Assembly (NCBI GenBank): GCA_023387735.1
Contig: JAEWHP010000001.1
Span: 12,077 to 76,076, forward strand
Origin: Pseudomonadota bacterium
Lineage (GTDB): Bacteria > Pseudomonadota > Alphaproteobacteria > Rhizobiales > Xanthobacteraceae
Length of the DNA: 64,000 nt
Reading direction: 5' to 3'
Within the stretch, counting starts at the first letter, position 1; each line of letters begins with the position of its first letter. This document shows positions 39,544 to 49,063 of the stretch, piece after piece. Under the pieces are notes generated by a model. That model was given only the letters and a program-made list of their open reading frames with translations, had not been told where the DNA came from and ran no database searches. The position numbers and the translations under genes are program-made.

Positions 39544-41352
39544 ATGACCGTGCAGCCGCTGCTCGACGTCAGCGACCTCACGGTCGAATTCACCACGCGC
39601 CGCGGCATCGTCAAGGCCGTGCAGCACGTCAATATCTCCGTGGCCAAGGGCGAGACGCTCGGCATCGTCGGCGAATCCGGTTCCGGCAAGTCGGTGACAT
39701 CCTATGCCGTGATGCGCATTCTCGACCGGGCGGGGCGGATCGCCGAGGGCTCGGTGATGTTCTCCGGCATCGACGTCAAGGCCGCGACCGAGAACCAGAT
39801 GCGAGATTTGCGTGGCCGCGAGATCTCGATGATCTTCCAGAACCCGCGCGCGGCGCTCAACCCGATCCGCAAGGTCGGCGACCAGATCGAGGACGTGCTG
39901 CGCCAGCACGTGCAGCAGTCGCAGGTCGGCGATCGCGGCGAAAAGGCGATCGAGGCGTTGGAGCAGGTCAAGATCGCCCGTCCGCGCGAGCGATATCATG
40001 CGTATCCGTTCGAACTCTCCGGAGGCATGTGCCAGCGCGTCGTGATCGCGCTGGCGCTCGCCTGCAATCCGCAGCTTCTGATCGCGGATGAACCGACCAC
40101 CGGCCTCGACGTCACGACGCAGAAGGCGGTGATGGATCTGGTCGTGGAACTCACGAAGCGCCGCAATATGTCGACCATCCTGATCACCCATGACCTCGGC
40201 CTCGCCGCCGCCTATTGCGATCGCGTGGTGGTGATGGAGAAGGGCCACGTGGTGGAGACCGCAAAGTCAGCGGATATTTTTGCGAGGCCCGCGCACGCCT
40301 ATACCAGGAAGCTGATGCGCGCCACGCCGCGGCTCGGCGTGTCGCTGCGGGACTTGCTGCCGGAGGAGGAGGCGGCTTCTTCCGCCTCGCCCCGCTTGCG
40401 GGGAGAGGCCGACGCACGAAGTGCGGCGGGTGAGGGGCTGTCTCCGCAGACAGAACTCGCTGAAGCAGCCCCTCACCCCGACCCTCTCCCCGCAAAGGGC
40501 GGGGAGAGGGGGGAACAGCAACCGCTCCTCCTCGTCGAGAAGCTCGTCAAGGAATATCCGCGCCAGGGCGCGAGCGCGGTGCTGTCAAAACTGTTCTCCC
40601 GCAAGCCGCCGGTCGAGGCCGAGCAGTTCCGCGCGGTGGACGGCATCAGTTTCAACGTCGGCCATGGCGAGAGCGTCGGCCTCGTCGGCGAATCCGGCTG
40701 CGGCAAGTCGACGACGTCGATGATGGTGATGCGGCTGCTGGACCAGACCTCGGGCCGCATCGTGTTCGACGGCGACGAGATCGGCGCCATCCAGCCGCAG
40801 GCGTTTGCCCGGCTGCCGCTGCGCAAGAGCATCCAGATGGTGTTCCAGGACCCGACCGACAGCCTCAACCCGCGCTTCACCGCGGCGCGCGCTATCGCCG
40901 ATCCGATCCTGCAACTCGGCAATATCAAGGGCCGCGACGCGCTTCGCGCCCGCTGCGAGGAACTCGCCGGCCTGGTAGGCCTTCCCGTCAACCTGCTCGA
41001 TCGCTTTCCGCACCAGTTGTCCGGCGGCCAGAAGGCCCGCGTCGGCATCGCGCGTGCGATCGCGCTGCATCCAAAGCTCGTGATCCTCGACGAGCCGACC
41101 GCGGCGCTCGACGTTTCCGTGCAGGCAGTAGTGCTCAACCTGCTGCAGGATCTCAAGGCGTCGATGGGCATGAGCTATTTGTTCGTGTCGCATGATCTGA
41201 ATGTCGTGCGTTTATTGTGCGATCGTGTCATCGTGATGCGGAGCGGGCGTATCGTCGAACAGGGCTCGTCCGAACGCGTGCTCGGCGATCCGCAGGACGC
41301 CTATACGAAGGAACTGCTGACGGCGATCCCGCATCCGCCGTTGCCGGTTTAG
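39544..41352 (+). CDS. Fused double-domain ABC ATPase with a repeat-derived linker insert
   Basis: Two Walker A motifs (GESGSGKS, GESGCGKS) and two LSGG signatures. Confidence 0.92.
   Translation: MTVQPLLDVSDLTVEFTTRRGIVKAVQHVNISVAKGETLGIVGESGSGKSVTSYAVMRILDRAGRIAEGSVMFSGIDVKAATENQMRDLRGREISMIFQNPRAALNPIRKVGDQIEDVLRQHVQQSQVGDRGEKAIEALEQVKIARPRERYHAYPFELSGGMCQRVVIALALACNPQLLIADEPTTGLDVTTQKAVMDLVVELTKRRNMSTILITHDLGLAAAYCDRVVVMEKGHVVETAKSADIFARPAHAYTRKLMRATPRLGVSLRDLLPEEEAASSASPRLRGEADARSAAGEGLSPQTELAEAAPHPDPLPAKGGERGEQQPLLLVEKLVKEYPRQGASAVLSKLFSRKPPVEAEQFRAVDGISFNVGHGESVGLVGESGCGKSTTSMMVMRLLDQTSGRIVFDGDEIGAIQPQAFARLPLRKSIQMVFQDPTDSLNPRFTAARAIADPILQLGNIKGRDALRARCEELAGLVGLPVNLLDRFPHQLSGGQKARVGIARAIALHPKLVILDEPTAALDVSVQAVVLNLLQDLKASMGMSYLFVSHDLNVVRLLCDRVIVMRSGRIVEQGSSERVLGDPQDAYTKELLTAIPHPPLPV
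40385..40512. repeat. Palindromic repeat (CCCTCTCCCC...GGGGAGAGGG family) in frame inside the ATPase gene
   Basis: Hairpins at 40385-40408 and 40482-40510; perfect 13-bp inner inverted repeat at 40428-40440 and 40466-40478. Confidence 0.85.
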
Positions 41353-41354
41353 TT

Positions 41355-41435
41355 GTCATGCCCCGCGAAGGCGGGGCATCCAGTACTCACTGATGCCGGT
41401 GGATACTGGATCGCCCGGTCAAGCCGGGCGATGAC
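41355..41435. repeat. REP-like doublet (GTCAT...ATCCAGTA / TACTGGAT...ATGAC)
   Basis: Two hairpins with inverted flanks. Confidence 0.85.
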
Positions 41436-41451
41436 CAAGAGGGAGAGAACT

Positions 41452-41637
41452 GTGACGACCGAAAATCCGCTGGACGATTACATTGACGCCGTCGCCAAAG
41501 CGCTGGCGCTGCCGATCGAGGAAGCCTGGCGTCCCGCGGTGCGGGCGAACCTCGAAGTGTCGCTGAGACTGGCAAAGCTGGTCGATGGATTCCCGCTGCC
41601 GGATGAAACCGAGCCGGCCAGCATCTACTCGGCCTGA
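41452..41637 (+). CDS. DUF4089/AtzG-like small amidase partner
   Basis: GGGAGAG RBS and GTG start; DYIDAVAKALALPIEEAWRPAVRANL...EPASIY; immediately precedes atzE. Confidence 0.8.
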   Translation: MTTENPLDDYIDAVAKALALPIEEAWRPAVRANLEVSLRLAKLVDGFPLPDETEPASIYSA

Positions 41638-41639
41638 TC

Positions 41640-43037
41640 ATGACCGTAAAATCAGACGGGCTGTCGGCCCAGCAGATCGCGCAGGCGATCACCGACCGCA
41701 AGCTTTCCGCCCTCGAGGCGACAGAGGCCGCGCTGGCGAGGATCGCCGCGCATGATGGCGTGCTGAATTCATTTACCGATGTCACCGCGGATCGCGCGCG
41801 CGCCACGGCGAAGGCGGTTGATGAGAAGATCGCCGCCGGCGAAAACGTCGGACCGCTCGCCGGCGTGCCGTTCGCAGTCAAGAACCTGTTCGACGTGAAG
41901 GGCCTTTCCACCCGCGCCGGGTCGAAGATCAACCGCGACCTCAGCCCCGCGGCGCGCGATGCCACGCTGATCGAGCGCATGGAGGCGGCCGGTGCCGTGC
42001 TGGTCGGTGCGCTCAACATGGGCGAATACGCCTACGATTTCACCGGCGAGAACGTGCATGACGGCCCGTCGCGCAATCCGCACGATCCGACGCGGATGAG
42101 CGGCGGCTCCTCCGGGGGCTCCGGCAGCGCGGTCGGCGGCGCGCTGGTTCCGATTGCGCTGGGCTCCGACACCAACGGATCGATCCGGGTGCCGTCGTCG
42201 TTCTGCGGCATCTTCGGCCTGAAGCCGACCTATGGCCGGCTGTCGCGGGCGCGCTCGTTTCCCTTTGTCGCAAGCTTCGATCATCTCGGCCCGTTCGCGC
42301 GCAGCGTCGGCGATCTCGCACTGGCCTATGATGCCATGCAGGGCCCTGACGCTGCCGACGCGGCGTGCACGACGCGGCCGTTAGAGCCGGCCACGCCGCT
42401 GCTGACGCAAGGGCTCTCCGGCCTGCGGATCGCGATTGCCGGCGGATATTTTCAGAAGAACGTATTCCCCGAGGCGGTCGAAGCCGTGACGCGTGTCGCC
42501 AGGGCGCTGGACGCGACGCAAACGATCGAAATTCCGGAGGCCGCGCGCGCCCGCGCCGCGGCATACGTGATCTCCACCACCGAAGGCGCCTCGCTGCACC
42601 TCGACCGCCTGCGCAAGCGCCCGAACGATTTCGATCCGGCGGTGCGCGACCGCCTGATCGCCGGCGCGATGGTCCCGGCGCCCCTGGTCGACCGCGCACA
42701 GAAATTCCGCCGCTGGTATCGCGCAAAGGTGCTCGAACTGTTCAAGTCGGTGGACGTGATCATCGCGCCGGCGACGCCCTGCATCGCACCCAAGCTCGGA
42801 CAGGTGACGTTCGTGCTCGACGGCGTCGAACTCCCCGTGCGCGCCAATATCGGCATCCACACCCAGCCGATCTCGTTCATCGGCCTGCCTGTCGTCGCGG
42901 TGCCGGTGCCGCTGGAGCCGATGCCGATCGGCGTGCAGGTCATCGCAGCGCCCTGGCGCGAGGATATCGCGCTGCGCGTCGCGCATGCGCTGGAACGCAT
43001 GGGTGTGGCCGCAGCGCCAGCCCCGAGAGGACTGTAA
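41640..43037 (+). CDS. atzE: AtzE-family amidase (1-carboxybiuret hydrolase-like)
   Basis: [30 protein letters not shown] and [11 protein letters not shown] motifs. Confidence 0.88.
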   Translation: MTVKSDGLSAQQIAQAITDRKLSALEATEAALARIAAHDGVLNSFTDVTADRARATAKAVDEKIAAGENVGPLAGVPFAVKNLFDVKGLSTRAGSKINRDLSPAARDATLIERMEAAGAVLVGALNMGEYAYDFTGENVHDGPSRNPHDPTRMSGGSSGGSGSAVGGALVPIALGSDTNGSIRVPSSFCGIFGLKPTYGRLSRARSFPFVASFDHLGPFARSVGDLALAYDAMQGPDAADAACTTRPLEPATPLLTQGLSGLRIAIAGGYFQKNVFPEAVEAVTRVARALDATQTIEIPEAARARAAAYVISTTEGASLHLDRLRKRPNDFDPAVRDRLIAGAMVPAPLVDRAQKFRRWYRAKVLELFKSVDVIIAPATPCIAPKLGQVTFVLDGVELPVRANIGIHTQPISFIGLPVVAVPVPLEPMPIGVQVIAAPWREDIALRVAHALERMGVAAAPAPRGL

Positions 43038-43039
43038 TC

Positions 43040-43438
43040 ATGGAAATCGATCTTCCGGACGTGCTGGCCGAGGTATCCGCGCAATTCGCGCGCTACGAGA
43101 AGGCGCTGGTGTCCAACGACGTGGCGGTGCTCGACGAACTGTTCCGCAACGATCCCCGCACGCTGCGCTACGGCATCGGCGAAAACCTCTACGGCTACGA
43201 GGCGATCAAGGGCTTTCGCGCCGCGCGTTCACCGGTCGGGCTGATGCGCAAGACCGACAAGACCGTGATCACGACCTATGGCCGCGACACCGCGGTGGCC
43301 TCGACGCTGTTCTATCGCGAGAACGCGAAGGGCAGGGTGGGGCGGCAGATGCAGACCTGGGTTCGATTTCCCGAAGGGTGGAGGATCGTCGCGGCCCATG
43401 TCAGCGTGATCGACGAGCCGAAGGATTCATCGACATGA
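43040..43438 (+). CDS. hpxZ: HpxZ/AtzH-like protein (DUF3225)
   Basis: [22 protein letters not shown] and GRQMQTWVR...WRIVAAHVS motifs. Confidence 0.88.
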   Translation: MEIDLPDVLAEVSAQFARYEKALVSNDVAVLDELFRNDPRTLRYGIGENLYGYEAIKGFRAARSPVGLMRKTDKTVITTYGRDTAVASTLFYRENAKGRVGRQMQTWVRFPEGWRIVAAHVSVIDEPKDSST

Positions 43439-44169
43439 GTCTGGATGACCTTCCCATCCGCGCGCCGCCGCCGGGCGCCGAGCCCGGGACGGTGGTCCGG
43501 CGGGTCGACCGTCCGTCGCCGCAACGGGACAAGGTCACGCGTGCGGAGGAGTTACGGCTGCAGCTCGCCGACGAGATCGTGCGCGGCGTGCTGCCGCCGG
43601 GATCGGCGCTCGACGAGACCGATATTGCGCGCCGCTTTTCCGTGTCGCGCACGCCGGTCCGCGAAGCGTTGCGCCAATTGGTGGCGAGCGGCCTTGTCGA
43701 AGCCCGGCCCCATCGCGGTGCCGTGGTGGCGCAGCCGTCGCTCGATCGTTTGACTGAAATGTTCGAGGCGATGGCGGAGCTCGAAGCGCTGTGCGCGTGG
43801 TTTGCCGCCGAACGAATGTCGCCGGCGGACCGGCAGAAGCTGGAAGCAATCCACGAGGAGTTGCGGGTCCTGAGTCATGCCGGCAATCCCGAGCGCTTCC
43901 ACGAAGTCAACGAGCGCTTCCACAACGCGATCTATGCGGGGTCCCAGAACAGCTATATCGCCGAGATGACGTTGGCGACGCGGGTGCGGGTGCAGCCGTT
44001 CCGCCGCGCCCAGTTCCGCAATCTGGGGCGGCTGGCAAAATCGCACGCCGAACACGACCGCGTCGTCGTCGCCATCATGCGCGGCGACAAGAATGGTGCA
44101 GCCGGTGCGATGCGCGCGCATATCGAACTGGTGCGCGGGGAGTACGAGCTCTACGCGGTGTCGGTGTAG
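43435..44169 (+). CDS. GntR (FadR/FCD) transcriptional regulator
   Basis: [10 protein letters not shown] motif; FCD domain with NERFH and AEH. Confidence 0.92.
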   Translation: MSLDDLPIRAPPPGAEPGTVVRRVDRPSPQRDKVTRAEELRLQLADEIVRGVLPPGSALDETDIARRFSVSRTPVREALRQLVASGLVEARPHRGAVVAQPSLDRLTEMFEAMAELEALCAWFAAERMSPADRQKLEAIHEELRVLSHAGNPERFHEVNERFHNAIYAGSQNSYIAEMTLATRVRVQPFRRAQFRNLGRLAKSHAEHDRVVVAIMRGDKNGAAGAMRAHIELVRGEYELYAVSV

Positions 44170-44195
44170 CCCCTCTGTCGTAGAGCTGCCTCTGT

Positions 44196-44235
44196 CGTTA
44201 TTCCGGGGCGCCGCAACGCGGCGAACCCGGAATCC
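44196..44235. repeat. Single REP unit (GTTATTCCGGG...CCCGGAATCC) overlapping the atzF 3' end
   Basis: Half of the GTCATTCCGGG-family doublet. Confidence 0.75.
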
Positions 44236-46033
44236 AACTCTCCGCCATAAACGCGCGCCAGCCGCCGAACGATGAGATATCGCGCGCGCCTTCGATCGCG
44301 ACGGGCTCCACCACGAACCCCTTCACACCGCGCCCATCCGCAAGTCGCACCGTGCCGATGCCGAGCGGCGGCGGGATCGCGGCGACGAACTTTCCGAATG
44401 CCGCCGCCGACAGCGCCCAGAGCTCAACCTTGATCGAACTCCCACCGCCGGCATCGACGCGCAGCATGCCGGGCTTGGGCGGCGTGGTGTCGAGCGCGTA
44501 AAGCTTGTAGTCCGGCGCCGTTGCTGTGGCTTCGAGCAGCCGCCCACCCAGCACCTGCAATTCGCCATTAAGCGCCATGCCGGATAGATGCGCGCCGACC
44601 ACTGCGATGGTGATTTCGTCGTCACCAACTTCCACCGGCAGTGCCGCGAGCGGCGGCTGCGCCAGGCCCTTGCCGCCCATCGCCAGCCCGGTGTCGGCGT
44701 GGAACGCGCGGCCGATGCTGGCAAGTTGCGCGTCGCGCCCGGCGGGCGCCAGCAGCGTGATGCCGAACGGAATGCCGTCGGGCCGCATCGCGGCCGGCAG
44801 CGCCAGGCCGCAGAGGTCGAGCAGGTTCACGAAGTTGGTGTAGGTGCCGAGCCTGGAGTTCAATTCGATCGGATTGGCCAGCACCTGCGCCGTCGTGTAG
44901 GCCGTCGGCGCGGTCGGCAGCACGATCGCATCAAATTTGGCAAAGGCGCGTTCGGCGGTGCGCCGCAGCGCCTGCAGGCGATAGAGCGAGGCGAACGTTT
45001 CCGCCGCCGTCAGCCGCGCGCCGGGCGCGGTGATCTCGCGCGTCACCGGATGGATCGAGTCCGGCGATGACGCCAGCAGGTCGCGGATCACCAGATAGCG
45101 CTCGGCGACCCACGGTCCCTCGTAGAGCAGCCGCGCGGTCTCATAGAACGGTTCGAGATCGAACTCGACCAGCGTAGCGCCGAGCGACGTCCAGCGCTCG
45201 AGCGCCTCGCCATAGGCTTTCTCCGAGGCGCGATCGCCGAAGAAGATCAACTGGCCGTTGCGCGGGACGCCGAGCCGGAACTGGCCGGGAAGCGCCGCCA
45301 TCTTTCCGAGCGGCCGGTCGCGCGAGAACGGATCGGCACCGTCGGTGCCGGCCATGGCCGAGAGCGCCGTCATCGCGTCGTCCACCGTCAGCGAGAATAC
45401 CGAGATGCAATCCAGCGTCCGGCATGCCGGCACCAGGCCTGCGTTCGAAATCAGCCCAAGGCTCGGCTTCAGTCCGACGATGTTGTTGAGCATCGCCGGC
45501 ACGCGGCCGCTTCCGGCCGTATCGGTGCCGAGCGCGAGCGGCACCAGGCCGGCGGAAACCGCGACCGCCGATCCCGAACTCGATCCGCCCGGAACGAGAT
45601 CGCCGCGGACCGGATTGACGGGAATGCCGTAGGGCGAGCGGACGCCGACGAGGCCGGTTGCGAACTGATCGAGGTTGGTCTTGCCGATGATGATGGCGCC
45701 AGCCGCGCGCAGCTTTGCCACGGCCGTCGAATCCTCCGCGGGCATGGTGGAGAACGCCGGGCAGGCGGCGGTGGTCGGCATCCCCTGCGCGTCGATGTTA
45801 TCCTTGACGGCAACCGGCACGCCAAGAAGCGGAAGCGCGGATGGATCCTTCGATGCCAGCGCCTCGGCTTCTGCGACCGCATCCCTCTCGTCGCGCAGGC
45901 TGATGAACACGGCAGGGTCGTTGTGGTCGCGGATGCGCTGATAGCTGCGCGCAACGGTCTGCGCCGGCGTGATCGCGCCGGCGCGGTGCGCGGCGACGAT
46001 CGCGGCGACGGTTTCAGGCGCGTCAGACCCCAT
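44198..46033 (-). CDS. atzF: Allophanate hydrolase
   Basis: VAVKDNID, GKTNLDQFATGLVG, GTDTAGSGRVPA and LGTYTNFVNLLD motifs; C-domain VVGAHLSGMALN...FGGWRAF. Confidence 0.95.
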   Translation of the reverse strand: MGSDAPETVAAIVAAHRAGAITPAQTVARSYQRIRDHNDPAVFISLRDERDAVAEAEALASKDPSALPLLGVPVAVKDNIDAQGMPTTAACPAFSTMPAEDSTAVAKLRAAGAIIIGKTNLDQFATGLVGVRSPYGIPVNPVRGDLVPGGSSSGSAVAVSAGLVPLALGTDTAGSGRVPAMLNNIVGLKPSLGLISNAGLVPACRTLDCISVFSLTVDDAMTALSAMAGTDGADPFSRDRPLGKMAALPGQFRLGVPRNGQLIFFGDRASEKAYGEALERWTSLGATLVEFDLEPFYETARLLYEGPWVAERYLVIRDLLASSPDSIHPVTREITAPGARLTAAETFASLYRLQALRRTAERAFAKFDAIVLPTAPTAYTTAQVLANPIELNSRLGTYTNFVNLLDLCGLALPAAMRPDGIPFGITLLAPAGRDAQLASIGRAFHADTGLAMGGKGLAQPPLAALPVEVGDDEITIAVVGAHLSGMALNGELQVLGGRLLEATATAPDYKLYALDTTPPKPGMLRVDAGGGSSIKVELWALSAAAFGKFVAAIPPPLGIGTVRLADGRGVKGFVVEPVAIEGARDISSFGGWRAFMAESWIPGSPRCGAPE

Positions 46034-46073
46034 GGCGAGCAAAACTCCAGCGAGCAAATGTTACCGTGGCCAT

Positions 46074-46089
46074 AGCAAGCGATGTGCCA
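46074..46089 (-). promoter_or_regulatory. sigma54 -24/-12 promoter for atzF
   Basis: Minus strand reads TGGCAC-ATCGC-TTGCT. An inverted repeat TTGTG...CACAA (46090-46110) abuts it. Confidence 0.8.
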
Positions 46090-46203
46090 TTGTGTACATC
46101 AATTGCACAAATGGAATGGAGTGAGTATCAGCGTGATTTCAGAGAGTTAGATGCTCGCAGCGAAAGGACGTAGGCGGCCTGATTGATCCGGCCGCATCGT
46201 GTT

Positions 46204-46220
46204 TGCATAATAATTGGGCA
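46204..46220. promoter_or_regulatory. NtrC-like site upstream of the atzF promoter
   Basis: TGCAT-AATAATT-GGGCA, about 115 bp from the sigma54 site. Confidence 0.5.
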
Positions 46221-46343
46221 GATTGTTCTCAATCCCGCCATGGTGTCCCGGCGCCTGACGACGTGTTGCCGGGCCGAGCCGATCTCGCGTAGAGCAGGCG
46301 GCCTGCCCGAGAAACATGACAAGAGGGGCAGCGGAGGAAATCG

Positions 46344-48209
46344 ATGACGCCAGCCGCAGCCCCAAGCCGCGACCGAACCGAAGCGCTGTTCGCGCCCCCT
46401 GCAATCATGGCCGACCGCCGGGCTGACGGCAGCATCGTCCTGAAATCGATGACGCCGCTTCAACCGAGCGCGCGTTGCATCGGCGACTGGCTGGAGCATT
46501 GGGCGCGGCAGGCGCCCGAGCGCATCTTCCTGGCCGACCGCGCCGGGACCGATGCGCCGTGGTCGACCGTTACCTACCGGGACGCCTTGAAGCAGGTGCG
46601 CTCTGCGGGGGCGTGGATTCTCGCGCAAGGTCTGAGCGCCGAGCGTCCGCTGGTGATTCTGTCCGACAACAGCGTCGAGCACGCGCTGTTCGCGCTGGCG
46701 GCCCAGCATGTCGGCGTGCCCTCGGCGGCGATCTCGCCGGCCTATTCGCTGATGTCCAAGGATTTCGACAAGCTCGGGAGCATGATCAGGCTGCTGGAGC
46801 CGGGAGTGATCTATGTTTCCGCCATGAAGCCGTTCGCGGCGGCGCTGGCGGCGATCCAGCCGCTGCATTCAGCGACGATCGTCAGCGGCGATCCCGCCGA
46901 CACAGGCGCGACCTCGTTTCGCAGCATCGCGGCAACGCCGGAAACGCCCGATGTGGCAAAAGCGTTTGCTGCGGTGACGCCGGATACGATCGCAAAATTC
47001 CTGTTCACCTCGGGCTCGACCGGCACGCCGAAGGCCGTCATCAACACCCAGCGCATGCTGACCTCGAGCCAGCAGGCCAAGGCGCAGACCTGGTCGTTCC
47101 TCGAAGCGAGCGGCGAGGATCTCGTGATCCTCGACTGGCTGCCGTGGAGCCACACTTTTGGCGCCAACCACAATTTCAATCTGGTGCTGCGCAACGGCGG
47201 CACGCTCCATGTCGACGGCGGCAAGCCGGCGCCAGGGCTGTTCGCGACGTCGCTGGCCAATCTGCGCAGCGTGATGCCTACGGTCTATTTCAACGTGCCG
47301 CGCGGTTTCGACATGCTGATCGCGGCGCTGCGCGGTGACGACGACCTGCGGCAAAGGTTCTTCAGCGAAGTGAAATTCGCCTTCTACGCCGGCGCGGCAC
47401 TGCCGCAGAATCTCTGGGATGCGCTGGAAGAGCTCTCGGTCAAAACCGTCGGCCGCGCGCTGCCGATGGTGTCGGCCTGGGGCTCGACCGAAACCTCGCC
47501 GCTCGCGACCGATTGCCATTTCCAGGCGCAGCGCTCCGGCAATATCGGCGTGCCGATCCCGGGCACCGAACTAAAACTGGTGCCGTCGGGCGACAAGCTG
47601 GAGGTGCGCGTGCGCGGCCCGAACGTCACGCCGGGTTATTGGAAGGCGCCGGAACTGACCGCGCAGGCCTTTGACGCCGAAGGCTTCTATCTGATCGGCG
47701 ATGCCGTGACATTTGCTGACCCGGCGCGCCCGGAACTCGGTCTGTTTTTCGACGGCCGCGTCGCGGAGGACTTCAAGCTCAACTCCGGCACCTGGGTCAG
47801 CGTCGGTACCTTGCGCGTCGCGGGGATTGCCGCACTGGCGCCGCTGGCGCAGGACATCGTCGTGACCGGCCATGGCGGCGACGAGGTGCGCTTCCTGGTA
47901 TTTCCGAACATTGCGGCGTGCCGTGCCCATGCTGGCCTGCCTGACAGCGCCGATGCGAAAGACGTGATCGGCCACGACAAGGTTCGCAGCGCGATCGCTT
48001 CAGGGCTCGCAAAGCTCAAGGCGCAAAGCGGCAACTCGTCCGGCCACGCCACGCGTGCGCTGCTGCTGGCCGAGCCTGCGTCGGTCGATGGCGGCGAGAT
48101 CACCGACAAGGGCTACATCAACCAGCGCGCGGTGCTGACGCGGCGGGTGCAGGCGGTAGCGACGCTGGACGATGCGGCCTCCGCCGAATGGATCGGCTGC
48201 GCCGGGTAG
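46344..48209 (+). CDS. fcs: Feruloyl-CoA synthase-family acyl-CoA ligase
   Basis: FLFTSGSTGTPKAV, DWLPWSHTFG, WGSTET, GRVAEDFKL and GEITDKGYINQR motifs. Confidence 0.9.
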   Translation: MTPAAAPSRDRTEALFAPPAIMADRRADGSIVLKSMTPLQPSARCIGDWLEHWARQAPERIFLADRAGTDAPWSTVTYRDALKQVRSAGAWILAQGLSAERPLVILSDNSVEHALFALAAQHVGVPSAAISPAYSLMSKDFDKLGSMIRLLEPGVIYVSAMKPFAAALAAIQPLHSATIVSGDPADTGATSFRSIAATPETPDVAKAFAAVTPDTIAKFLFTSGSTGTPKAVINTQRMLTSSQQAKAQTWSFLEASGEDLVILDWLPWSHTFGANHNFNLVLRNGGTLHVDGGKPAPGLFATSLANLRSVMPTVYFNVPRGFDMLIAALRGDDDLRQRFFSEVKFAFYAGAALPQNLWDALEELSVKTVGRALPMVSAWGSTETSPLATDCHFQAQRSGNIGVPIPGTELKLVPSGDKLEVRVRGPNVTPGYWKAPELTAQAFDAEGFYLIGDAVTFADPARPELGLFFDGRVAEDFKLNSGTWVSVGTLRVAGIAALAPLAQDIVVTGHGGDEVRFLVFPNIAACRAHAGLPDSADAKDVIGHDKVRSAIASGLAKLKAQSGNSSGHATRALLLAEPASVDGGEITDKGYINQRAVLTRRVQAVATLDDAASAEWIGCAG

Positions 48210-48270
48210 GCGCGGAACCTTCGGACCAAATAACTGATCGGGCGGGGAAAAATCTCTCGCCGACAAATTT

Positions 48271-48284
48271 GTTGCCAAGGCAAC
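48271..48284. promoter_or_regulatory. Palindrome GTTGCCAAGGCAAC, putative MarR-type operator
   Basis: GTTGC-N4-GCAAC in AT-rich flanks; second copy at 54968. Confidence 0.5.
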
Positions 48285-48458
48285 TAACTTGTGAAAGCTT
48301 CCGCGCTGCGCACGGCTCACCGACAGAGCAGATGAAACTGCCACCCGTGCCGGGAGAAAACGATGCTCGAGAGGAACGGCCCATCATGGCCGAATGCCGG
48401 CGTTCGCTCGGCCGGCCGAAATTCTGACACTAGGCCAATCGCGGTCGCCGCCGTGCGA

Positions 48459-48980
48459 TCAGGTGCTGCTCTGCCCGGTCACGGCGCCGAGATTTTCGTG
48501 CAGCCGCCGCAGCAGGTCGATCAGCACTTCCCGTTCGTCTTTCTTCAGGCAGGACAACAGCCGCCGTTCGCGTTCGAGGGCTGCCATGATCACCTTGTCG
48601 TGGATCGCGCGTCCGCGCGGGGTCAGCGAGATGGCGTGGGTGCGGCCGTCGTCGGGCGCGGTGCGGATCGCGACCAGGCCGCGCTTCTGCAGCACCGAAA
48701 GATTGCGGCTGACCGGCCCCTTGTCGAAGCCGATCACGTTGCAGATCCGCGAGGCGGGGATGCCGGGCTCGATCGCCAGCAGCGACATGATCCGCCATTC
48801 CGTGACGTTGACGCCGAAATTGCGCTGATAGAACACCGTCGCGCTGTTCGACAGCTTGTTGGCGATGAAGGTGATGAACGCCGGAACGTAGCGGTCGAGA
48901 TCGAGCAACGGGCCGTCATCGGCGGCGGGCTCCACTGGGCGCGGCCGGCGCGGTTTCCGGCTAACGGGAATCTGGCTCAT
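48459..48980 (-). CDS. MarR-family regulator
   Basis: VTEWRIM, DKGPVSR and DGRTHAISLTPRG motifs. Confidence 0.9.
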   Translation of the reverse strand: MSQIPVSRKPRRPRPVEPAADDGPLLDLDRYVPAFITFIANKLSNSATVFYQRNFGVNVTEWRIMSLLAIEPGIPASRICNVIGFDKGPVSRNLSVLQKRGLVAIRTAPDDGRTHAISLTPRGRAIHDKVIMAALERERRLLSCLKKDEREVLIDLLRRLHENLGAVTGQSST

Positions 48981-49063
48981 GTCTCGATCATCGCTGCGGA
49001 ATTGCGACCGAGCAATAGGGACATGGGGCAGGGCTTTACAAGGGCAAACTTCGGGAGGTCTCG

